Assembly (NCBI GenBank): GCA_037445895.1
Contig: JBBIJO010000003.1
Coordinates: forward strand, 14,109 to 78,108
Direction of reading: 5' to 3'
Source of the DNA: Ignavibacteria bacterium
GTDB taxonomy: Bacteria; Bacteroidota; Ignavibacteria; Kapaibacteriales; UBA2268
DNA length: 64,000 nucleotides
Below the pieces are notes generated by a model. It made no database searches. It was not told the DNA's origin and worked only from the letters and a program-made list of their open reading frames with translations. This document shows, piece after piece, positions 56,990-64,000 of this stretch. Numbering within the stretch: the first letter of the stretch is position 1; every line of letters starts with the position of its first letter. The position numbers and the translations under genes were made by a program.

Positions 56990-58288
56990 TTATCCCATCA
57001 TTGCAAATAATGGAAATTTGCTTGTAAATTCTTGAACTTCTGCTTTTATTTGGGCAAGGATTTCGTTGTTTTCAATGTTACTTATGACTTTGTCGATGAA
57101 ATCAGCGATTGTGCGCATCTCGGCTTCTTTCATTCCACGCGTAGTCATTGCTGGCGTTCCAATCCTGATACCCGATGTGATAAGTGGAGGTTGAGTGTCG
57201 AATGGGACAGCATTTTTATTTACTGTTATGCCAGCTTTATCCAAAGCAATTTCTGCTTGTTTACCAGTAACTCCTTTGTTACGTAAGTCTATAAGCATAA
57301 GATGATTATCGGTTCCATTGCTAACAAGGTTGTAATCTTTTTCGAGCAACGACTGGGCAAGTGCTTTGGCATTCTTAATAACTTGTTGAATATACCTATC
57401 GAAAGTATCGGTTAAACATTCTCCAAACGCAACAGCCTTTGCTGCAATAACGTGCATTAATGGTCCACCTTGAATGCCTGGCATAACCCAAGAATCAATG
57501 ACTTCGCTCATTTTTTTTACTCTTCCCGATTTCGGTGCAACAATTCCGAACGGGTTTTCGTAATCTTTTCCGATAAGAATGATTCCGCCGCGTGGACCTC
57601 GAAGTGTTTTGTGTGTAGTGCTAGTAACGGCATGGCAATAAGGCATTGGGCTTTGCAAATAACCTTTTGCTATTAATCCTGCTGGATGGGCAATATCGGC
57701 GAAAAGGAATGCTCCAATTTTATCGGCAATTTCACGGAAAGATTTGTAGTCGATTTCACGTGGATAGGAAGATGCACCAACGGTAATCATCTTTGGTTTA
57801 TGCTTCAAAGCTAATTCCTCGACAATGTTCATATCGATTCGGCCAGTATCTTTGTCCAATTCGTATGGGATAAAATTGAATAATCTTCCCGAGAAATTCA
57901 CTGGTGAACCGTGAGTAAGATGACCTCCGTGGGCTAGACTTAACCCCATAACAGTATCGCCAGGCTTAAGGAAAGAAAAATAGATTGCCATATTAGCTTG
58001 GCTACCGCTATGTGGTTGAACATTGGCATATTCTGCTCCAAAAAGCTTTTTAACTCTTTCGCGAGCAAGATTTTCTACAACATCAACCCATTCACAACCA
58101 CCATAGTAACGAGCTCCTGGGTATCCTTCTGCATATTTGTTTGTTAGCACCGAACCTTGAGCTTCTAATGTTGAAGGCGAAACGAAATTTTCGCTTGCGA
58201 TTAGTTCTATTTTTTCATGCTGCCGTTTGTATTCATTTACTAATGCTTCGTGGACTTCCGGGTCTGAATTTTTAACTAAATTATACAT
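56990..58288 (-). CDS. glyA: Serine hydroxymethyltransferase.
   Basis: [38 protein letters not shown] and PLP Lys region [14 protein letters not shown]. The start is placed at Met 58288. Confidence 0.9.
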   Translation of the reverse strand: MYNLVKNSDPEVHEALVNEYKRQHEKIELIASENFVSPSTLEAQGSVLTNKYAEGYPGARYYGGCEWVDVVENLARERVKKLFGAEYANVQPHSGSQANMAIYFSFLKPGDTVMGLSLAHGGHLTHGSPVNFSGRLFNFIPYELDKDTGRIDMNIVEELALKHKPKMITVGASSYPREIDYKSFREIADKIGAFLFADIAHPAGLIAKGYLQSPMPYCHAVTSTTHKTLRGPRGGIILIGKDYENPFGIVAPKSGRVKKMSEVIDSWVMPGIQGGPLMHVIAAKAVAFGECLTDTFDRYIQQVIKNAKALAQSLLEKDYNLVSNGTDNHLMLIDLRNKGVTGKQAEIALDKAGITVNKNAVPFDTQPPLITSGIRIGTPAMTTRGMKEAEMRTIADFIDKVISNIENNEILAQIKAEVQEFTSKFPLFAMMG

Positions 58289-58383
58289 TCGATTTCCTTT
58301 TGAAAAAACATCAAAAATCAAACTTATGTAAAGATTAGGAATTATCAAAGAGCTTAGTCCGGAATTTGATGCCCCATCTGTTT

Positions 58384-59373
58384 TTAAGCTATTCCTTTTG
58401 CCATCAAACTACAAATACAGGCAACATTAATCATATCGTCCACGCTGCAACCCCTTGATAAATCACAATATGGTTTGCTAAGACCTTGAACAATAGGTCC
58501 AATGGCTTGTGCCCCACCGAGTCGTTCGGTAAGTTTGTAACCGATATTTCCGGAATTGAGATCGGGGAAAATAAGAACATTGGCTTTTCCAGCAACTGGC
58601 GAACCTTTGCATTTACGTTCTCCAATCGAGGGAATCAATGCAGCATCGGCTTGCATTTCACCATCGACGTTTATTCCAGGATTTTTCTCTTTTACGATTT
58701 GTGTTGCCTTAATAACTTTATCTACTAATGGATGCTTGGCACTACCTTTGGTCGAAAACGACAACATAGCCACGTAAGGGGTCAAGCCGGTTACAGCGTT
58801 AAAGTTGATTGCCGAAGTTATTGCAATATCTGCCAATTGTTCGGCTGTGGGGTCGGGATTTACCGCACAGTCCGCAAAGCAAAGAAGCTTGCCATCCAAT
58901 ACCATTATAAAATAACTGCTAACAATCGAGATATTCGGAGCAACACCTACGGTGTAGATTGCGGCTCGAATTATATCCCCAGTTGCAGAAATATTCCCGC
59001 CAACAACTACTTGGACTTCATTGGCATCGAGCATCATCCCGGCATAATAGATTGGATTAGCCGTGAGTATACTTGCTTGTTCGGGGGTCATACCTTTTGC
59101 TTTCCGTTTTTCATAAAGTCGTTCGCTATATAAAGTAAAGTTCTCGGATTTTTCTGGTTCAACAATCTTTATTCCTTCAATTGAAATTGAACCAGATTTT
59201 GCTAATTCGGATATTGCATTTGAATTACCAACAAGAATTGGTCGGGCAATTTTATTCTCTTTAAGGAATAGAGCAGTTTGTAGTGTTCTAATGTCTTCTG
59301 CATCGGGAAAAGCAATTTTGTAATTTAACCCTTTTGTGTTTCTTCTTATACTTTCGATGAATGTTAAGCTCAT
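58384..59373 (-). CDS. pta: Phosphate acetyltransferase (Pta, short form) or phosphate butyryltransferase.
   Basis: 329 aa in the PTA_PTB family. It is immediately downstream of ackA. Confidence 0.75.
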   Translation of the reverse strand: MSLTFIESIRRNTKGLNYKIAFPDAEDIRTLQTALFLKENKIARPILVGNSNAISELAKSGSISIEGIKIVEPEKSENFTLYSERLYEKRKAKGMTPEQASILTANPIYYAGMMLDANEVQVVVGGNISATGDIIRAAIYTVGVAPNISIVSSYFIMVLDGKLLCFADCAVNPDPTAEQLADIAITSAINFNAVTGLTPYVAMLSFSTKGSAKHPLVDKVIKATQIVKEKNPGINVDGEMQADAALIPSIGERKCKGSPVAGKANVLIFPDLNSGNIGYKLTERLGGAQAIGPIVQGLSKPYCDLSRGCSVDDMINVACICSLMAKGIA

Positions 59374-59389
59374 ATATCACCTATTTAGT

Positions 59390-60634
59390 TTACCAGATGC
59401 GTGGAACATTTAAGACTACTCGGAGTGTATCGCGGGCAATAAGAAGTTCTTCGTTTGTTGCAATGACGTAAACTTCAACTTTGCTATCTTCGGCAGAAAT
59501 TTTCATTTCCTTTGTTCCTATTGCTTTTTCGTTGAGTTCGTCATCAAGTTTTATTCCTAAACTATCTAAATTCATCAGGCAGCGTCGTCGAACCTCCGGT
59601 GAATTTTCCCCAATTCCTCCGGTAAAGCAAATTGCATCAGTTCCGTTGAGTTCTGCAAAATAGGCGCCTATGTATTTTTTAATTCGGTTACAAAAAATGT
59701 TGATTGCTAACGACGCTCGGCGGTCCTGGTGCTCATGTTCCTCTTCGAGTAGGTCGCGCATATCGTTTGTTAAACCTGAAATTCCAAGTAGGCCAGAGCG
59801 TTTATTCAACACATTGAAAACTTCCTCGAGCGAAGTCCCCTCGTTATGGACAAGAAATTCTACGATTGCAGGGTCTATGTCGCCCGACCGAGTTCCCATA
59901 ACTAAACCTTCGAGCGGGGTTAAACCCATAGAAGTATCGATGGAAAATCCATTTTTAATAGCACAAGCAGAACAACCATTCCCTAAATGCAAAGTGATTA
60001 TATTGACTTGTTCTCGTTCAATTCCTTTCAGTTTTCGATATCGGTATGCAATATATCGATGCGAGGTTCCGTGGAAACCGTATTTTCTTATTTTAAATCT
60101 TCGATATAGTTGGTATGGGATTGCGTATAGATAGTTTTCTTCGGGCATTGTCGAATGGAATGCGGTATCGAAAATAGCAACTTGAGGTATTCCGGGGAAG
60201 GCGTCGCGAGCAGCATAAACACCCTTCAAATTTGGGGGATTATGTAGTGGGGCAAGTGGGATACATTCTTCAATTTGGTCGATTACCTCCTCGTCGATAA
60301 GTATGGATTTTTTTAAACGTTCGGCACCGTGGACAATTCTGTGTCCAATTGCGTGAATATCGGAAAGGTCGCGAATCCCCTCTATTAATGTATCTGGATT
60401 ATTTATCCAGCGAATGATATAATTTAGCGCAGCTTTGTGGTCGCGGATGGGTTCTGCGGTTCGTAGGGGAGTGCGTCCGGTTGCATGAAAGGTAATAATA
60501 GCCTGGCTTCCAATTCGTTCGATGTAGCCTTTGGCTAACATTTTGTCTTCATCATTTTTGATTGATTCTAAATCGGTTTGTATGATTTGAAACTTTAACG
60601 ATGAACTACCACAATTCAAAACTAAAACATTCAT
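59390..60634 (-). CDS. ackA: Acetate kinase.
   Basis: N-terminus MNVLVLNCGSSSLKFQI and ASKHG-type ATPase motifs (HLGNGCS, GTRSGDIDP). Confidence 0.85.
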   Translation of the reverse strand: MNVLVLNCGSSSLKFQIIQTDLESIKNDEDKMLAKGYIERIGSQAIITFHATGRTPLRTAEPIRDHKAALNYIIRWINNPDTLIEGIRDLSDIHAIGHRIVHGAERLKKSILIDEEVIDQIEECIPLAPLHNPPNLKGVYAARDAFPGIPQVAIFDTAFHSTMPEENYLYAIPYQLYRRFKIRKYGFHGTSHRYIAYRYRKLKGIEREQVNIITLHLGNGCSACAIKNGFSIDTSMGLTPLEGLVMGTRSGDIDPAIVEFLVHNEGTSLEEVFNVLNKRSGLLGISGLTNDMRDLLEEEHEHQDRRASLAINIFCNRIKKYIGAYFAELNGTDAICFTGGIGENSPEVRRRCLMNLDSLGIKLDDELNEKAIGTKEMKISAEDSKVEVYVIATNEELLIARDTLRVVLNVPRIW

Positions 60635-60751
60635 TTTTGCTCAATCAATTTTAAAACACAAAACATCAAGGTTACAAAATTACTTAAAAAACAAACCTAT
60701 TATCCTCGGTAATCAAATTTAGTGATTTATCCTGTTGTTATCAATTTAGAT

Positions 60752-61957
60752 TTATTTTTTAAAGTATCTTAAAAATCCTAAACAAAGCCATTTTGCTATA
60801 GCTTGTCGATTGTCTGTTTCAATGAACCGATATTGGTTGCTCTTGTTTTGAATGTTTCCAAGTTCAATATAAACAGTCGGTGGGATGGTGTTGCGAAGCA
60901 TAAATAAGTTCCTAGTTTCCACAGTTCCCGAATAGCCACGACCAGGTTGAAATTTCTCGTATTGTAACCGAAGCGTTGATAGGAGTGAGTCTGCCATTGC
61001 TCTACTAATTAAACTTCCTTCTTGATAGTAGAAAAAAACGTCGATTTTCTCTCCTTCGGAACGTGAATCGAGATGAATGTTTACCGAAATGTGGTTTTTG
61101 TAACGAATTTTGTTTTGTTGATATAGTTTGTTTATAATGTTGGCGCAATCTTGAAGTCTTTCTTTTTGGCTATTAGCTATTTGGACACCACCATAAAAAA
61201 CCTCGTCGAAGCTTGGTTTTAAGAATTTTTCGTCGCGAATCCCATCGCTTGTATCGATTGTAATCATATATACTTTAGCCTGGTGCTTTTGCAACTCCAT
61301 AGCAAGACGAAGAGTGATGTCATAAGCATACTCGTCTTCGTGGAGTTCGTTTCCGTCGAATTTTCCGATTGCCCCGGGGTCAATACCACCGTGCCCGCTA
61401 ACGAGGTAGAACACGCATCCTTTTAGTGTCTTATCTTTAGCTTTAATTTTTTTGTATTTTTTGCCGAAATATGGCTCAAATAATTTGTTTGCTTTACTTT
61501 CCTTTTTATGTTTAAGCTTAGTAGTGCTGATTTTTTCTTCTAAAGGATTGCTTTCAGTTTGGAGTGTAAGGAAATGAATTGGCACCCACACTTCTTTTCC
61601 GGATGTTTTGAGTTTTTCGTTCTCCATTTTTTTATTGTATTCGCGAATATTTTGAAGGACGGGTGGTTCTATTTTTTTAGCTAATTGTTTTTCAAAATTG
61701 TTGGATGAATAAACTTCTATAGGAAGTTTATATCGTATTCCCCAAAAAATTTTAAGATTTTTTCGAACTTTTCGAGAATTTAGTTCGCAGAATTCTTTTA
61801 TGTTTTGTGTATTGTAGGGTATTTCGTAAAGTTCAAATAATGTTGAAAGTGTTTGCCCTTCTCTTACTTTTATAGTTAGGTGTTTTTTGCCTTCACTTGC
61901 TACAATATTTATTAATAATAAATTAATCGAAAGAATAAGGAATATTATTTTTTTCAT
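60752..61957 (-). CDS. N-acetylmuramoyl-L-alanine amidase (Amidase_3) with N-terminal LysM-like region.
   Basis: Signal peptide and catalytic region VFYLVSGHGGIDPGAIG...EDEYAYDI. Confidence 0.7.
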   Translation of the reverse strand: MKKIIFLILSINLLLINIVASEGKKHLTIKVREGQTLSTLFELYEIPYNTQNIKEFCELNSRKVRKNLKIFWGIRYKLPIEVYSSNNFEKQLAKKIEPPVLQNIREYNKKMENEKLKTSGKEVWVPIHFLTLQTESNPLEEKISTTKLKHKKESKANKLFEPYFGKKYKKIKAKDKTLKGCVFYLVSGHGGIDPGAIGKFDGNELHEDEYAYDITLRLAMELQKHQAKVYMITIDTSDGIRDEKFLKPSFDEVFYGGVQIANSQKERLQDCANIINKLYQQNKIRYKNHISVNIHLDSRSEGEKIDVFFYYQEGSLISRAMADSLLSTLRLQYEKFQPGRGYSGTVETRNLFMLRNTIPPTVYIELGNIQNKSNQYRFIETDNRQAIAKWLCLGFLRYFKK

Positions 61958-61959
61958 TT

Positions 61960-64000
61960 TTAACTGGATTTTATTTGTTTCTGTAGTTCTTCTAAAAGGC
62001 TAAGTGCTTGCAGAGGAGTTATATTGTTTAAATCTAAATCTAATATTTTATTTCTAATATCATTGTCTGTAAAATCGAAAATTGCTAATTGTTGGAATTG
62101 GAGCCTGTTTTCTATCGATTTAATCTTTTTAGGATTTGGTTTGCTTACTTTAAAAATTACTTGTTCGTTTGGATTGGTTGTTCCAGCCTCTAAGATTTCC
62201 AATATATCTTTTGCTCTTTGAACAACTTCTTTCGGTAAACCAGCCATTTCGGCAACATAAATACCAAATGAATGGTCGCTTGTTCCTCGTTTTACTTTAT
62301 GGGTAAAGATAACTTTTTCTCCTTCTTCGAGCACATCGATGTAATAATTTACAATCTTATCGTATTTTGCTTCGAGTTCGTTGAGTTCGTGATAATGGGT
62401 TGCAAAAAGCGTTTTTGCCTGGATATTATTGTGGATGTATTCAGTGATAGCCCAGGCAATCGAAATTCCATCGAAAGTAGCGGTTCCACGCCCAACTTCG
62501 TCCAAAAGGATTAGGCTTCTTTTGGTCGCATTATTCAGGATGTTTGCCGATTCTTGCATTTCTATTAAAAAAGTGCTTTCTCCTCGGCTAATGTCATCTT
62601 GGGCTCCGACACGGGTAAAAATTCTATCGACGATACCAATTTTTGCGGAATCCGCAGCAACGAAAGACCCTACTTGAGCAAGAAGGACTGCAAGAGCCAC
62701 TTGTCGGAGATAACAAGATTTGCCAGACATATTGGGGCCAGTTATTATATGTATTAATTCCTTGTCGCTCAGCTTTGTAGAGTTGGGAATATAATGTTCT
62801 CCAATTGGCAAGCTTTTTTCAACTACTGGATGTCTTCCGTTTTGTATAATTATTTCAGTCCCGTTGTCCACAACTGGTTTACAAAAATGATTTTTCAAAG
62901 CTAGATAGGCAAAACTTACTAAACAATCGAGTTCAGCAACTATTTGTGAATTTTCTTGCAGTTCCGATATAAATTTTGCTATGTTGAGCAAAACATCTTG
63001 ATACAATTGAGTTTCCAAATTATATAATTTTTCTTCGATGTTTTTGAGTTTAAATTCGATTTCGCGTAGTTCCGGGGTTGTATATCTTTCTGCATTTGTA
63101 AGAGTTTGTTTCCTTATATAACGGGATGGCACTTTTCCTGCATTTACTTTGGAAATTTCTATGTAATATCCAAAGACAAGATTGTAACCAATCTTCAATG
63201 ACTGGATGCCTGTTTTTCGTCTCTCTTCTTCTTGCAGTTTATTGATATGACTTTTGCTATTGCGGGCAAGGGAGAGTATTTTATCGAATTCTTCTGAATA
63301 GCCTTTGCGGATAACGTTACCAGTTCCTACACTGTTGTTTGTATTTTGGTCGATAGCCTTTTCAATGAGAGAACTTATTTCATTTAAATTAACGAATCTT
63401 TTTGAAAGGCTAATTAGATATTCATTGCCAGTGTTTTCAAGAAGTTGCTGTATATATGGTATGGAATCCAAACTTTTTTTGAGGACAAGAAGTTCACGAG
63501 GTGTGGCTTTTGTTGAACATACTTTTGCCGAAAGACGTTCTAAGTCGCCAATTTCCGAAAGTATACTTCGTATTTTCTCCACTAAATTAGTGTTCTTATA
63601 GAAATAATCGACGATTTCCAGCCGCCGATTTATTTTTTCGACGTTTAGCAGTGGGCGTGCAAGCCAATTCTTTAATAAACGACTACCCATCGGGGTTTTC
63701 GTTTCATCTAAAACTGAATAAAGGCTTCCTTCGATATTATTTGACCATGAAAAGTATATTTCAAGATTCCTTCGAGTTGCACTATCCAATATCATATATT
63801 CATTGGGATTAAAAAGCGAGATTTTTTGTATTTGATTAAGATAGAGTTTTTGAGTTTCGTTGATGTAATGGAGTAAAGCACCAGCCGAGATAATACCTAA
63901 CGGTAGTTCTTCGATTCCAAAACCTTTAAGATTAAGCGTTCGGAGCTGTCCAAGAAGTGCTTCCCGAGCAAATGTGAAATCAAAAATCCAGGGTTCCAGT
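61960..64000 (-). CDS. mutS: DNA mismatch repair protein MutS. The C-terminus is in the window and the N-terminus runs off the right edge, so the CDS is partial.
   Basis: Walker A ITGPNMSGKSCYLRQ, STFLIEMQE and a C-terminal beta-clamp motif QLAIFDF. The reading frame stays open past the listed Met to position 64000. Confidence 0.85.
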   Translation of the reverse strand, partial: LEPWIFDFTFAREALLGQLRTLNLKGFGIEELPLGIISAGALLHYINETQKLYLNQIQKISLFNPNEYMILDSATRRNLEIYFSWSNNIEGSLYSVLDETKTPMGSRLLKNWLARPLLNVEKINRRLEIVDYFYKNTNLVEKIRSILSEIGDLERLSAKVCSTKATPRELLVLKKSLDSIPYIQQLLENTGNEYLISLSKRFVNLNEISSLIEKAIDQNTNNSVGTGNVIRKGYSEEFDKILSLARNSKSHINKLQEEERRKTGIQSLKIGYNLVFGYYIEISKVNAGKVPSRYIRKQTLTNAERYTTPELREIEFKLKNIEEKLYNLETQLYQDVLLNIAKFISELQENSQIVAELDCLVSFAYLALKNHFCKPVVDNGTEIIIQNGRHPVVEKSLPIGEHYIPNSTKLSDKELIHIITGPNMSGKSCYLRQVALAVLLAQVGSFVAADSAKIGIVDRIFTRVGAQDDISRGESTFLIEMQESANILNNATKRSLILLDEVGRGTATFDGISIAWAITEYIHNNIQAKTLFATHYHELNELEAKYDKIVNYYIDVLEEGEKVIFTHKVKRGTSDHSFGIYVAEMAGLPKEVVQRAKDILEILEAGTTNPNEQVIFKVSKPNPKKIKSIENRLQFQQLAIFDFTDNDIRNKILDLDLNNITPLQALSLLEELQKQIKSS

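Noticed and set aside
1-64000. A search for CRISPR arrays, insertion sequences, integrases and prophage or defense genes.
   Set aside because: I found no regularly spaced direct repeats and no transposase, recombinase or nuclease/ATPase defense-like ORFs. The accessory content here is metabolic or surface-related rather than mobile.

Overview
This 64 kb window is a chromosomal segment from a low-GC bacterium of the FCB group (Bacteroidota or Ignavibacteriota). That placement is inferred from a SusC/SusD pair, two large proteins with T9SS C-terminal sorting domains, and TAnnTTTG-like promoter elements. Gene density is high, at about 50 genes. I found no transposases, integrases, CRISPR arrays or rRNA genes, and one tRNA, tRNA-His(GTG). 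Housekeeping genes recognised from motifs are tsaD, cinA, adk, rho, pyrG, leuC/leuD, glyA, pta-ackA and a partial mutS. Accessory islands that stand out, in window order: (1) A 772-aa acidic, non-secreted helical-repeat protein with no recognisable family, upstream of adk. (2) A protoglobin gene beside a MarR-type regulator with a Cys-rich tail. (3) An 11 kb plus-strand operon of an S8 subtilase with FG-GAP-like repeats, a small lipoprotein, a TonB-dependent receptor and a 1318-aa lamin-tail-domain surface protein. Both large proteins carry T9SS C-terminal sorting domains. (4) A respiratory/sulfur module: an octaheme c-type cytochrome, a membrane cytochrome b, a split YeeE/YedE sulfur transporter and a YeeE half fused to a Cys-less rhodanese domain, all directly upstream of tRNA-His. 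(5) A leuCD-containing operon in which a family III CoA-transferase and an HMG-CoA-lyase-like enzyme occupy the place of leuA. All functional calls come from motif recognition by eye. No database searches were run.
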